DNA of 64,000 bases from a virus (lineage: Duplodnaviria > Caudoviricetes): IMG/VR virus record IMGVR_UViG_3300029305_004322, positions 92,855 through 156,854 of that record; one strand, written 5' to 3'. Below, one piece after another: positions 27,040 to 38,453 of this stretch. A model generated the notes under the pieces. The model ran no database searches. It saw only the letters and a list, made by a program, of their open reading frames with translations, and was not told the DNA's origin. How positions within the stretch are numbered: position 1 is the stretch's first letter; the number at the start of each line of letters is the position of its first letter. The translations under genes and the position numbers were made by a program.

Positions 27040-28278
27040 ATGGGACAAACGATTCAATTTAAACGTGGTACTACTGATAGATGGGATGTAAAAAAGGATA
27101 CAATCTTAAAGGCTGGTGAACCTGGTTATGACGTTGCTAAACATAAGCTTAAAATTGGCGATGGTATAAATGCTTGGTCAGAACTTCCTTATGTTGATGA
27201 CGCGCATATATTTGGTGTTATTATAGAAAAAGGTGAAGATCATATAGCTGCTTTAACAGCTGCGGTTGGTACTACTGAACTTAATATCCATGACATTGGT
27301 ATTGTAAAAGAACTTATTGTTGCTGATAAATACCTTTATACGTCATATCTTTATGATGGCGAAAAATGGATTGCTATGGACGGTAATTATAATGCGTCGA
27401 ATGTCTATTTTGATACTGATATGGATGTTACTATAGATGTAGGATATATTAAGACCACTAATGGTGTTGGTACTATTCCATCTACTGGTAAAAATCTTAT
27501 TGGTGTATTTGAGGCAATGTATAATAAGGAATTGGATCCTGAAAAAACAGATCCTTCTGTGTCTGTAACATTAACTGGTGCTGGTTCTTATGAAGTTGGT
27601 ACTGTTGTCACTGATATTAAGTATACTGCTTCTTTTGAAGACGGTAAATATAGTTATGGTCCTGAACCCACTGGTGTTGAGGTTATAGATTGGACTATAA
27701 CTGATACCAATAATGAGTTTTATTCTACACCTTCTAGTGATTTACCTGATGTAACTGTAACTGATACTACTAAGTTTAATGTAGCTGTTAAAGTTACTTA
27801 TACTGCAGGTAGTGTTCCTTTAACTAATAAAGGTAATCCTTGTAAATTACTTACTAAGAAGATTGCTGCTGGTAGTAAAAGTAAAACTTCTAGTTCAATT
27901 ACTGGCTATAGAAGTTTCTTTTATGGTGTGCTTGCTACTTCTTCTACAGAAGCTCCTTTAACTTCTGCAATTATTCGTGAGCAACTCATTAATGGAGGTG
28001 CTTATGATGAACCTAAATCTCTTACACTTACTGGTAAAGATATAGAAAATGCTAAACGATTTGTTATTGTAATTCCTAGTAATTCTAGTCGTAGTGGCTT
28101 AAAAGAAGTAATTCTAACTTCTGCTATGAATACACCTATAACTGATTCTTATGATAAAACATCTGCTGCAGTAAGAGTAGAAGGCGTAAATGGTGCGGAT
28201 GCTGTTAATTACGATGTTTGGGTGTATGAACCTGCATCTATTGATGCTGGTGAAATTCATGCTATTGAACTTGCATAA
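27040..28278 (+). CDS. Fibre protein with an Mtd-N/HylP-N-like N-terminal domain
   Basis: IQFKRGTT..W....LKAGEPGYD....LKIGDG..AWSELPY. Confidence 0.8.
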   Translation: MGQTIQFKRGTTDRWDVKKDTILKAGEPGYDVAKHKLKIGDGINAWSELPYVDDAHIFGVIIEKGEDHIAALTAAVGTTELNIHDIGIVKELIVADKYLYTSYLYDGEKWIAMDGNYNASNVYFDTDMDVTIDVGYIKTTNGVGTIPSTGKNLIGVFEAMYNKELDPEKTDPSVSVTLTGAGSYEVGTVVTDIKYTASFEDGKYSYGPEPTGVEVIDWTITDTNNEFYSTPSSDLPDVTVTDTTKFNVAVKVTYTAGSVPLTNKGNPCKLLTKKIAAGSKSKTSSSITGYRSFFYGVLATSSTEAPLTSAIIREQLINGGAYDEPKSLTLTGKDIENAKRFVIVIPSNSSRSGLKEVILTSAMNTPITDSYDKTSAAVRVEGVNGADAVNYDVWVYEPASIDAGEIHAIELA

Positions 28279-28294
28279 GAAAGGAGGATGAAAG

Positions 28295-29629
28295 ATGGCT
28301 ATTTATAATCTGCTCAAATACACTGAAAAAGATGGCATTGGATTTCCAATGAACTTTAGACGTGGTAATCCTAATCCTCTTGACAATAGTTCTGTACACA
28401 TTTCTTTAGAAGCTGCACAGACCTATGCTAGAACAAGTCCTATAGCTTATGTAGGTCAAATCCTATCTGTAGTTAATAGAGCTAACGATGGTACCTTATC
28501 AGTTGACGTCTATAAAATTGACAATGAAGCTGGTGATCTTAAGCGAGTTGGTAGTCATAATGACGATCTTGAAGTCGATATTGAAGATCTAAGGTCAAGA
28601 TTAACTGAACTTAGCGATACAATTGATCAGAAGATTGAAAGTGCAGTAAAAGAAACTAATAAAGAGCTTACAGATCTCAAATCGATAGTTACTAGTAATA
28701 CTACAAACATAGCTAGTAATACTAGTCTTCTCAATACTATCAAGGGAGATGTAGATAATCTTCAAGTTGTATATACTGAACTTAAGGATACCATTGATCA
28801 GAAGATTGAAAATGCAGTAAAACCTGTTAGTAAGGAAGTTACAGACCTTAAGGCAATTGTTACTACTAATCAGTCTGATATTAGTAACATGAAGCAACTT
28901 ATTACTAACCTTCAATCTGCACATACTGATCTTGTTGATACTATTGACCAGAAGATTGAAGATAAAGTATCCGATCTTAGAAGTATCGTTTCTAGTAATA
29001 GCACTACGATTGATGCTATTAAGAAAGACTATTTGACTTCTGCAGATAAACGTTCTCTATTAGACACAATTAGTTTAAAAGTAGATCAATCTGATTACGA
29101 ACAACTTGTATCTAAAGTCGATGCCAATACAACATCTATTGGTGTCTTAACTGGTAATAGTACTGTTGAAGGTTCTGTAGATTATAAAATTGAAAAAGCA
29201 TTCAATGACTTTATGACAACTGAAACTGCCGATGAGGTTGTCAATACGTATAAGGAATTGATTACTTACGTCAAGAATCACGGACCAGAAGCAGCTAACA
29301 TGTCTTCTCTTATTAATAGACTTGAAACTCAAGTAAGTGAAAATGCTACTAGATTAGACGATCTAGAAAGTAGTCAACAAAATAGTCTTATTAAGCGAAT
29401 CTCTATTAATAAAGTAGATCTACCAATTGTAGATAACGCAGTAGATATTCCTATTGCGACATCTGAACTCTTTGGTGTTGTAAAATCATCCACTGAAGAG
29501 AACAAAATTATAATCCATGAGGATGGTGCTATGGAAGTAAATAGCATCAACTTTAATAAGCTAGTTCAAACCGAAGGTGATTTAATCATACTTGACGGTA
29601 GTTCTTGGCTTTTAAATTCTAAAACATAA
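28295..29629 (+). CDS. Coiled-coil fibre protein
   Basis: Repeated TELxDTIDQKIE heptad blocks; IILDGS C-terminus. Confidence 0.75.
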   Translation: MAIYNLLKYTEKDGIGFPMNFRRGNPNPLDNSSVHISLEAAQTYARTSPIAYVGQILSVVNRANDGTLSVDVYKIDNEAGDLKRVGSHNDDLEVDIEDLRSRLTELSDTIDQKIESAVKETNKELTDLKSIVTSNTTNIASNTSLLNTIKGDVDNLQVVYTELKDTIDQKIENAVKPVSKEVTDLKAIVTTNQSDISNMKQLITNLQSAHTDLVDTIDQKIEDKVSDLRSIVSSNSTTIDAIKKDYLTSADKRSLLDTISLKVDQSDYEQLVSKVDANTTSIGVLTGNSTVEGSVDYKIEKAFNDFMTTETADEVVNTYKELITYVKNHGPEAANMSSLINRLETQVSENATRLDDLESSQQNSLIKRISINKVDLPIVDNAVDIPIATSELFGVVKSSTEENKIIIHEDGAMEVNSINFNKLVQTEGDLIILDGSSWLLNSKT

Positions 29630-29659
29630 AAAAATTTAAAAAAGGAAGGTAAATTTATT

Positions 29660-31108
29660 ATGGCTAATGAGCAAATTTTACAAACTAGAGTTCAGCTACT
29701 CTATGATACGCTTAGCAACTGGGAATCTGACGCTGCCAAGGCAGTAGTACTTAAGGCTGGTGAAGTTGCATTTGTTGAAGTTACCAATGAAGATGGTTCT
29801 AAGGACGTTATCTTTAAGGTAGGCGACGGTGTAACTCCTTTTGGAACTCTTGCATATGGTAGTGCAAAGGCAGCAGATGTTGAGGCTTGGGCTAAGCAGT
29901 CTGAGGAAGAGTTTCTAGAATACCTTAATGGACTTCTGACTACTGAAGGTAAATTAGAAAATGGTCCTTTCGTTCAGGTAAGCAACTATGACGAATTTGT
30001 AACCGCTATCAAGGGTTATGACGAAGCTGACGAAACCCAGCCTGCTTACAAGTCTGTTAAGGCATTAAGTGATGCTATCGCAAACTTAGAGGCAGAAGTT
30101 ACTGGTGGTGTAGCTGGTAATGGTCAGACTATTAGTGCTAGAGTTGGTGAACTAGAGACTTCTGTAGGTAAGGCTGCTACTGATACTGAGGAAGCTACTG
30201 GTCTATTCCTTGCTGATGAGCAGATTTGGGAATATGTTAAGGATGGCGAAGATAGCTTAGCTGCTCAGATTGATAAGAACGCTGAGGATATCAAGACCTT
30301 AAATGACAACTTCGATAAGAATGTTGAAGATAAGGTTAATGCAATGCTCAACACTGATACCAATCAGGCTGCTATTGACACTTATAACGAAATGTTAGAG
30401 TTCTTTGCAGGTCATGAGGAAGATGGTGCAACTGCAACTCAGATCGTTACTGATATCAACGATATCAATGAAGCATTATTCGATACTACAGGTGAAGATG
30501 GTAGCGTAACTAAGAAGGGTCTTGTAACTAAGGTTGACGAGTACATTACTGCTAACGATGAAGCTATTGGCGAACTTGAGCAGGATGTTGCTGATAAGGA
30601 TAAGGCTCTTTGGGACTATGTTAGAGACGAAGAGGGTTCCTTAGTTAAGCAGATCGAAGCTAATGATACTGAACTTGCTGCTATCAATGCTACTCTGTAT
30701 GGTACTGAAGCTGCTGAAGGTGGCGAAGCTACTAAGGGTCTTGTAGATAAGGTTGACGAGTACATTACTGCTAACGATGAAGCTGTTGAAGCTCTTGAGA
30801 CTGCTGTAGGTAAGCCTGCTGCAGAAGGTCAGGATGCTACTGGTCTCTATGCTGCTGATAAGGCTCTCTGGGACTATGTAAGAGATGCTGACGGTTCCTT
30901 AGATAAGAGAGTTGCAGCTAACGATGCTGATAACAAGGCTCTCTGGAAGTATATTACTGGCTCTGAGAGCAGTGCAACTGCTGCAGAAGGTAAGGATTTA
31001 GTCACTAGACTGGATGCAGTAGAACAGGTATTCGTTAAGAACACTGATACTTTAGTTCTACAGTGTGGTAATGTAGCTTCTTTAACAGGAACTCAGGCTG
31101 CTGAATAA
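29660..31108 (+). CDS. Acidic coiled-coil fibre protein with an Mtd-N-like N-terminus
   Basis: LKAGEVAF...FKVGDGVTPF..L.Y; DKALWDYVRD repeats. Confidence 0.75.
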   Translation: MANEQILQTRVQLLYDTLSNWESDAAKAVVLKAGEVAFVEVTNEDGSKDVIFKVGDGVTPFGTLAYGSAKAADVEAWAKQSEEEFLEYLNGLLTTEGKLENGPFVQVSNYDEFVTAIKGYDEADETQPAYKSVKALSDAIANLEAEVTGGVAGNGQTISARVGELETSVGKAATDTEEATGLFLADEQIWEYVKDGEDSLAAQIDKNAEDIKTLNDNFDKNVEDKVNAMLNTDTNQAAIDTYNEMLEFFAGHEEDGATATQIVTDINDINEALFDTTGEDGSVTKKGLVTKVDEYITANDEAIGELEQDVADKDKALWDYVRDEEGSLVKQIEANDTELAAINATLYGTEAAEGGEATKGLVDKVDEYITANDEAVEALETAVGKPAAEGQDATGLYAADKALWDYVRDADGSLDKRVAANDADNKALWKYITGSESSATAAEGKDLVTRLDAVEQVFVKNTDTLVLQCGNVASLTGTQAAE

Positions 31109-31207
31109 TCACAGATTATAAAAAAAAATAACTTTTAAAAGACATTACCCTATCATAGCATTATGATAGGGTAATTTCTAAATCTAATAAAGGAAGTGAT
31201 ACCGAAT

Positions 31208-34200
31208 ATGTCCGATTCTCAAAACACAACGATTATTAAACATAAAAGAGGTACTACTGAACGATGGAATGAACTAAATCCAATCATTGAACGTGGTGAA
31301 ATAGTTTTAGAGTATTGTGAAGATGGCACAATTAAAGCTAAAGCTGGTGATGGAGACACATTCAAAAATTCGCAATATATAGGCGGAACTATCATCAACA
31401 ATGGCACTACTGGAGATGTTAACTGTAATTGCGATTTAACTTCCATTGAAGATAGTATTGACGATCTTAAAACTAGAGTAGAAGTACTCGAAAATAATAG
31501 CGGTGATGATAGTGATGTTAATTGTAATTGTGATCTAACTTCTATTGAAAATGACATTTCTAGCATCATCACTAGATTAGAAACACTTGAAAGTGGTAAT
31601 GACAGTGGCGATGATACTGATTGTGATTGTGATCTAACTTCAATTCAAGAAGATATTTCTAACATCATTACCAGATTAGACGCAATTGAAGGCGACAGTG
31701 ATGTTGAATGTAATTGTGATTTAACTTCTCTTCAAAATGATATTAACAACATCGTTTCTAGATTAGAGATACTTGAAAACAGTGAAGACGATGGTTGTGA
31801 TTGTGATCTAACTGTCATTGAAACTATTCGAACTGATATTTCTAACATCATTACCAGATTAGACGCATTTGAGGGTGCTAATAATGTTAACGTTGATGGT
31901 TTAACCTACGATAAGAATACGTACGAACTATTTCTGACTTCTAATGGCGAGAAAGTAGGAAATCCAGTTATTATTGCTGGCGGCTCTGGTGTGGTTGGCG
32001 AGCCTGGATATAGTACACGTCTTAGAACTAATATGACATCAACTGAGTTTACAGTTGCTAAAACTGATGAAACTTTATTAAATGCTACGTTCTATGAATA
32101 TTGTGATGGTGTGCCTACAACGCTTGAATGTAAACTCGAAGTAACTTATAAACTTCATGAGGACGATGATACAAAATGGCAAGTCTTTAAAACAGAAAAT
32201 ATTAAGAACTGCAGAGAATTCTCAGTAAACGTAGCAAATATTCTTGTAAATGATACGGCAGTAGACATTAAACTTACTGTTACTGGTGGTGAGTCTAAAG
32301 AGTCTCGTTACTTAGACTTTACACTTACACAGGTTGAAGCTAAGATTGAAGCTTTGAATGTTGGTAGCTTTGCAGCATATAGTGGTAACATCGAGTACCA
32401 GTATAAATGCATAGGACGTAACCTGAATAAAGTCGTCTATTTTGAAATCGATGGTGATGTATATGATGAGATTGACGTAGGTGCTAGCCATAATGAAACT
32501 AAGCAAAAGATCATCAACATGAGTGAATACGGCTATGGTGTCCATAGTTTAAATGTTTACTTTATGACTGATACAGGAGCACCTTCTGTAATTTTACAAC
32601 ACGAAATATTCTATTACGACAAGAGTTCTTTAAATTCTGAACCTATGATTGGCATTATATGTAACAAAACCGAGTATACATATGGTGAACAGATTGAAAT
32701 AGAATATGATGTGTATACCCCTAAAAAAGAAACTACAGATGAATTAAGCATTCGTCTTTATACTATAGAAAATAGTGGAGAGCATACTTATGATGCTACT
32801 TCACTTGAAAAAATCCCTTTTATTAATCCTGAAACTGAAAAACCAGGATATAAATGGATTCCAGTATCTTATCCTACTTCTGGTGTAGCTTATATCGAAT
32901 TTACCAGTAAGAATATTAAGAGAACTATCGAGCTTAAGATTAACGAACTTAAGAGTAAATATCCTTTACAACCAGTTTCTGCAAACCTCGTTTATTCCTA
33001 TACTGCTAATGGTCGTACTAATAACGATGTAAATAAGAATAGCTATAGCTATTCTTACACAACCATTAACAATGAGACGATTGATATTAAGAGTACCTTT
33101 GAGAACTTTAACTGGGTTTCCAATGGTTATGTTGAAAGTGGCGCATTAACTTTAAGCGGTGATGCTCGTCATACCATTAAGTTCCCAATTTTCTCTACTA
33201 CCTATACAGATGAGGATGGCATTATTCATGATCTTGAAAGTGCTACAGATGCTAGCGTTGTAACTAATGGACGTACATTTGAAGTTGAGTTTAAAATTAG
33301 CAATGTAACTGATGATACAGCTCATGTAATTGAATGCACACCAAGTGCTAATGCCGCAGGTTTTGTAGTTACTCCTCAGCATTGCTATTTGCTTGCTAAC
33401 GGACAGGAGATCAAGTTTGATGAATTTGAGTCTGTTGATAAAGATGGTAACACAATTACTAGTACTACAGGTTTCATTATGAATGAGAAAAATATCGCAG
33501 CTGCATATATTAAGAGTGATGAACGCATTTATTTGAGCTTTGTAGTTCAACCTTTCCATTTCTTAAAGAGCTACGATGGCAATAGATTTGGTCAGTGTAT
33601 CGACATTTATATCAATGGTGAATATGCAAAATCTGTACCTTATTTAGATAATGCATCTTTCTCAAACGACGGTTTTATAACCTTTGGTAGTAATACTTGT
33701 ATCCTAGATGTATATAATGTCCGTATCTATAATCGTGGTCTTAGTGACTCTGAAATTCTTCAGAATTACATGGTATCTCCTTCTGTAATTGACGATAAGA
33801 TTGCCAGACATAAAGAAAATGACGTACTAAAAGATGACGGTACTGGAGACATTGACTACTACAAGGCTAGAAATAAGTATAGCTGTATGTTAATAACTGG
33901 TACGTTAGCAGCATATAAAGGAAACAAAAACAAGTGTGCATGTATGCTTACTAGACCAGATGGTAAGGGTAGCTTTACTGAAGAGTTTAATCTGATGGGT
34001 ATGAAGGATGGAAAGTATGTATGTGAAAATGACGTACAGGGTACATCTTCAGCAAAATATCCTAGAAAGAACTATAAGTTTAAGCTTGCAAAAGTTAAAG
34101 AAGAATTTAATGAAGAGACTGGACTAACTACTATAACCACACCAAAGGTCAATTATGCACTTAAGGGTCTTGATTCTGATGGTAACCCAATCTCTATTCC

Positions 34201-37200
34201 TGAATCTACATTATGTTGGAAGGCTGACTTCATGTCCTCTGACCACCCTAATACTTTTAACGCTAACTTGGCAGATACTTTATTCCAAGATACTTTACCT
34301 TCTCAAAATGAATCTTTAGGTGGTGACCCTCGTGTTCAGAATACTGTCTATGGTTTCCGTTGCTTACTCTTCCAGAGAGATACTGTTGACGGAGCAATTA
34401 ACTTTGTAGGTGATGGTGCTTTAAACAACGATAAAGGTAACTCGAAGACGTTTGGTCTGGAATGTGATGGTGACAAAGGTAATGTAACTAAGCGTCAAAA
34501 GTGGGAATTCTTAAACAATAGTGACGCTCTTTGTATGTTTAAAACAGATAGATTACAAGAAGTAATAGATGCTTTAGACGATAAAGGAAATCCTATTAGA
34601 GCTAAACGTGCAATACTTGGTTTAGAGTCTATGTATCCTGACCAGGGTGATCTTGAAGATAAAGGATTAATTCCTATCTATGACTATATCCAGACTTTAT
34701 TTACTTGGGTATGTCAGAGAGCTAATTACTGGGATGCTAAAACTGATATTAGAGAAACTCCTTTTACCTATACTGTTAAGGTTAAGGATCCAACTACTGG
34801 TGTTGAAACATTAGAGACACAAGAATTTTATACTGAACGTGAATATCGTAAGGTAATTTTCATAAACGAATTTGAAAAACACTTTAACAAAAACCATGCT
34901 TTGGTTTATTATCTGTTCCTAGAATTTACTGGATTGTGCGATAACTTTGCAAAGAACATGTTCTTGAAATGTGAAGATGTTACAGCCGAAAAGCTAAAGA
35001 ACGCATATACTGGTGAAGATATGAAAATTAGCGATGCCATTAATACATCTACTGGTGAAGTAAACGCTGATATGATAGACTGGGAGAATTCTGAATTTGG
35101 AATTTGGTACACCGACCTATATGACCTTGACTCTGGTTTTGGTGTAAATAATGAAGGTTCTATGAATATTCCTTATCATGCAAGTTGGGATTATAAACAC
35201 GAAAGAGATAATGTATTCAATGGTATAGACTCAAGACTTTGGAATATGATTATGGATGCTTTTTCTGGTGAAATTAAGGGCAAAGCACAAACACTTACAA
35301 ATAGAAGTGTTGATGGTGGTGGCTTAAACTATGGTAGTTTGTATAAGTACCATATCGAAGATAACGCTAAACTTGTATGTCCTGCAATTGTCAACCAAGA
35401 TATGAAATTCAAATATGAAGACCACTGGGTTGATGGCTTTGTAGATTTATCCAATCCAGAAAAACCAACTACAATATATACGTCTGACTATAAATATTTA
35501 CACCGTGGTAGCCGTACTCAGCAAAAAGACTCGTATATTTATAAACGTTCTAACATGCTTTACAGTAAGTATAACTGCTTAACATTTAATATTGGTAACA
35601 CTACAAATACTATCAACTTCCGTGTTGGTAGGTCTGACGGTGTTGCAGCTGAAGATACTGGCATTGAAATAAAGGCTAACCAGACTTTATATCCATCTAT
35701 CAAATATAGTGATACTATGGATCCTAGTGCATTAGTTACTGGTCCTAAAACTAATGCAAATACCTCAATAGAACTTAAAAGTAACAACCAGACCATGGGT
35801 TATAGTGACGCTATTTATATCTATGGTAGTTCATTCATTACAGAAATTGGTGACATTTCAAAGTTTAGACCGTACGACGTTAAATTGTATAACGCTACAT
35901 GTTTAAAGAAATTAATCATTGGTTCAAATGAAGAAGGGTATGTAGGTAACTCTCTTTTAGAAGGACTTGACCTTTCTAACTGTAAGTTACTTGAAGAATT
36001 AAATATTGCAGGTTGTTCTGCAATTAGTGTATTGGATCTAACTAATAATGGACTTTTGAAGAAACTTGATGCACGTAATACCAATCTTACATCTTTAAAT
36101 CTTCCTGTTGGTGGTGTTATTGAAGAACTTTACCTTGGTACGGTTAAGAATCTTGAGATTCTGAACCAGACTAAATTAAGGGAATTTGATTGTACTGACA
36201 TCAGTGGTATCAACAGATTACGTATTGAGAATACTCCTAGTATTCCTGTAGTAGAAATGTTGACAGATTACCTCACTCAATTAACTAACGGTGTTAGAAT
36301 TGTAGGTCTTAATGAAGTAGTAGGTGATAATAGAGATTTCATCAACTTACTTTTGAGTGATGATGCTAAGGGTAAGTACATTGACAACAATGGTGTACTT
36401 TCTGGTGATAAAACTAAGTATCCTTACATTTCTGGTACTTTAACTGTAGGTGAAATTGATGGTGCAACTCTTAAGAGATTAAGAGAAGCTTATCCTGAAT
36501 TAGATGTTGTTTATACTACTTTACATGCAACTGTCACTTATATGAATGATCTTGGTACTGAAACTCTTCATACTATAGACTTTACAAAGGCATATGGTGA
36601 AACCTATAATGCTACTGATATAGTTGCAAAGGGAATTATTTCTACTCCTACAAGAGCAGAAGATGCTCAATATACGTATGTGTATGGTGGCTGGTCTAGA
36701 GAAATTGATGGTGATCCAAATACTTCTGCTCTAAAGAATATAGAGTACAATACAACTATTTATGTTGCTTATAAGAAGACAGTTAAGAAGTATAAGGTAT
36801 ACTTCTATCGTGCTAGTATAGCTGCAGAAAATTTATTATCAACTGTTACAGTTGAATATGGTAAGGATGCAGCATATCCTGGTCAAGTACCAGTTAACTC
36901 AGATACATTATGTCCTGAGTATTATGAACTTACTGGTTGGTATCCTGAACCTATAAATGTCAAGGGAGATATGTACTGTGTAGCTCAGTATGTTTTCAAT
37001 GAGGACAATGTCTATGATTACGAAATTGATGATTTTATTTATACAAAAAATACAGCCAACAATACCATAACTATTACTGGCTTTAAAGATGTAGGCACTG
37101 ATGAAAACAAAAAGAAGTACGCATTTGGTAGATTTGCAGAGAGTTATATGATAGATGGAGTAGATTATACTCTAGCTGGTATTGGCTCTGATGCATTTAA

Positions 37201-37705
37201 CTATGAGAACTCAACTTATTCTTTAGAAAAACTTTATTTCTCTGATTCGATAACTACATTTGGGTCTAGTGCGTTTAAGGCTAACTCAAGATTAGTAATT
37301 GACAAACTACCAGACAATGTAGGATATTTTGGTAACTTCTCTTTCATGAACTGTAAGGTTACTGAAAATGCAGAACTGGTAATTCCTAAACAAGTTTACG
37401 ATATAAACGGAATGGTATTCTATAAGTCTAAGGTATCTAAGTTCTATATCCCTTGTAATGGTCTTGAAGTTGGTGCAAGATTGTGTTCTTACTCAACTGC
37501 AGACAATGTTGAAATTGTTTTCTATAAGATCAAGGATCAGGAAATCATTCTACCAAATATATCTTCTGAAGCTTTCATTAACTGTAGTAATCTTACTAAG
37601 ATCAGTGTACCATGGAAACAAGGAGAACTTACTCCTACAAATGGTTACTGGGGTGCTTCCTCTTCAACCGTAGTAATGGAATATGAAAACGGTGTGGAGT
37701 TGTAA
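31208..37705 (+). CDS. Giant multidomain virion protein: Mtd-N, CxCD coiled-coil repeats, LamG-like, CotH-like kinase, LRR, BspA-type LRR
   Basis: KHKRGTTERW..GE; IYINGE...VYNVRIYNRGLSDSEI (LamG-like); QGTSS.KYPRKNYK, DNFAKN, YDLDSGFG (CotH-like); LDLSNCKLLEELNI (LRR). Start at 31208 (SD-supported ATG) or 31196. Confidence 0.7.
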   Translation: MSDSQNTTIIKHKRGTTERWNELNPIIERGEIVLEYCEDGTIKAKAGDGDTFKNSQYIGGTIINNGTTGDVNCNCDLTSIEDSIDDLKTRVEVLENNSGDDSDVNCNCDLTSIENDISSIITRLETLESGNDSGDDTDCDCDLTSIQEDISNIITRLDAIEGDSDVECNCDLTSLQNDINNIVSRLEILENSEDDGCDCDLTVIETIRTDISNIITRLDAFEGANNVNVDGLTYDKNTYELFLTSNGEKVGNPVIIAGGSGVVGEPGYSTRLRTNMTSTEFTVAKTDETLLNATFYEYCDGVPTTLECKLEVTYKLHEDDDTKWQVFKTENIKNCREFSVNVANILVNDTAVDIKLTVTGGESKESRYLDFTLTQVEAKIEALNVGSFAAYSGNIEYQYKCIGRNLNKVVYFEIDGDVYDEIDVGASHNETKQKIINMSEYGYGVHSLNVYFMTDTGAPSVILQHEIFYYDKSSLNSEPMIGIICNKTEYTYGEQIEIEYDVYTPKKETTDELSIRLYTIENSGEHTYDATSLEKIPFINPETEKPGYKWIPVSYPTSGVAYIEFTSKNIKRTIELKINELKSKYPLQPVSANLVYSYTANGRTNNDVNKNSYSYSYTTINNETIDIKSTFENFNWVSNGYVESGALTLSGDARHTIKFPIFSTTYTDEDGIIHDLESATDASVVTNGRTFEVEFKISNVTDDTAHVIECTPSANAAGFVVTPQHCYLLANGQEIKFDEFESVDKDGNTITSTTGFIMNEKNIAAAYIKSDERIYLSFVVQPFHFLKSYDGNRFGQCIDIYINGEYAKSVPYLDNASFSNDGFITFGSNTCILDVYNVRIYNRGLSDSEILQNYMVSPSVIDDKIARHKENDVLKDDGTGDIDYYKARNKYSCMLITGTLAAYKGNKNKCACMLTRPDGKGSFTEEFNLMGMKDGKYVCENDVQGTSSAKYPRKNYKFKLAKVKEEFNEETGLTTITTPKVNYALKGLDSDGNPISIPESTLCWKADFMSSDHPNTFNANLADTLFQDTLPSQNESLGGDPRVQNTVYGFRCLLFQRDTVDGAINFVGDGALNNDKGNSKTFGLECDGDKGNVTKRQKWEFLNNSDALCMFKTDRLQEVIDALDDKGNPIRAKRAILGLESMYPDQGDLEDKGLIPIYDYIQTLFTWVCQRANYWDAKTDIRETPFTYTVKVKDPTTGVETLETQEFYTEREYRKVIFINEFEKHFNKNHALVYYLFLEFTGLCDNFAKNMFLKCEDVTAEKLKNAYTGEDMKISDAINTSTGEVNADMIDWENSEFGIWYTDLYDLDSGFGVNNEGSMNIPYHASWDYKHERDNVFNGIDSRLWNMIMDAFSGEIKGKAQTLTNRSVDGGGLNYGSLYKYHIEDNAKLVCPAIVNQDMKFKYEDHWVDGFVDLSNPEKPTTIYTSDYKYLHRGSRTQQKDSYIYKRSNMLYSKYNCLTFNIGNTTNTINFRVGRSDGVAAEDTGIEIKANQTLYPSIKYSDTMDPSALVTGPKTNANTSIELKSNNQTMGYSDAIYIYGSSFITEIGDISKFRPYDVKLYNATCLKKLIIGSNEEGYVGNSLLEGLDLSNCKLLEELNIAGCSAISVLDLTNNGLLKKLDARNTNLTSLNLPVGGVIEELYLGTVKNLEILNQTKLREFDCTDISGINRLRIENTPSIPVVEMLTDYLTQLTNGVRIVGLNEVVGDNRDFINLLLSDDAKGKYIDNNGVLSGDKTKYPYISGTLTVGEIDGATLKRLREAYPELDVVYTTLHATVTYMNDLGTETLHTIDFTKAYGETYNATDIVAKGIISTPTRAEDAQYTYVYGGWSREIDGDPNTSALKNIEYNTTIYVAYKKTVKKYKVYFYRASIAAENLLSTVTVEYGKDAAYPGQVPVNSDTLCPEYYELTGWYPEPINVKGDMYCVAQYVFNEDNVYDYEIDDFIYTKNTANNTITITGFKDVGTDENKKKYAFGRFAESYMIDGVDYTLAGIGSDAFNYENSTYSLEKLYFSDSITTFGSSAFKANSRLVIDKLPDNVGYFGNFSFMNCKVTENAELVIPKQVYDINGMVFYKSKVSKFYIPCNGLEVGARLCSYSTADNVEIVFYKIKDQEIILPNISSEAFINCSNLTKISVPWKQGELTPTNGYWGASSSTVVMEYENGVEL

Positions 37706-37708
37706 GAA

Positions 37709-38356
37709 ATGTATAAGGTAATTCATAATAATGTCGTAATCGATGTTCTAAAAAAACTAGAATACCGAAAGTTTTTACCCTCAATAAATCAGTTACTCTC
37801 AGCTAATGAAAAAACTGCAAACTGTATACTTGCATCAAATAATGAAGACAAGTATTGTACAGACAGTATGGTAGTTCCTAAAGGAATTGTCTGTAAGATT
37901 GTTAATTTAGAAGAGATTTCAGAATCTGAATATGACAGACTTGCTAGTTTACTAGCAGCTAATGTTACAATCTATGCTGATGAAACTGTAAAAGAAAAAC
38001 TAAAAGCAGAAAAAATAGAAGAAATGAGTGCAATTTGCCATAAAAATATCGTTGATGGTGTTACTGTTGTTCTTAGTGATAAGAAAGAACATCATTTTGC
38101 ATTGACAATTGAAGATCAGATTAATCTACTTTCAATTAAGAATGCAATTGACAATGGTGCTAAGAAAGTTACCTATCATGAAACAGATGGTGAATATGTT
38201 ACTTACACTTCAAAAGATATGCTTTTGCTATATAAGTCGGCTGAACAACATAAAATGTATCATCTGACTTACTTTAATCAACTGAAACGCTATATAAATG
38301 GATTAGATAGTGTTGAGGAAATTAGAAAGATTGAATATGGATTCAAGCTTTTCTAA
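37709..38356 (+). CDS. DUF4376-like tail fibre assembly protein
   Basis: KIEEMSAIC...GV.V...HFALTIEDQINL...YFNQLK.YI...VEEI. Confidence 0.65.
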   Translation: MYKVIHNNVVIDVLKKLEYRKFLPSINQLLSANEKTANCILASNNEDKYCTDSMVVPKGIVCKIVNLEEISESEYDRLASLLAANVTIYADETVKEKLKAEKIEEMSAICHKNIVDGVTVVLSDKKEHHFALTIEDQINLLSIKNAIDNGAKKVTYHETDGEYVTYTSKDMLLLYKSAEQHKMYHLTYFNQLKRYINGLDSVEEIRKIEYGFKLF

Positions 38357-38453
38357 ATTAAAAAATTATGGGGGCGAACCTAAAACAATTGGTTCGTCCC
38401 TTTTCTTAAATATTTTTGCAAAAATAACAAATGAAAGGAGTTGACTTATAAGT

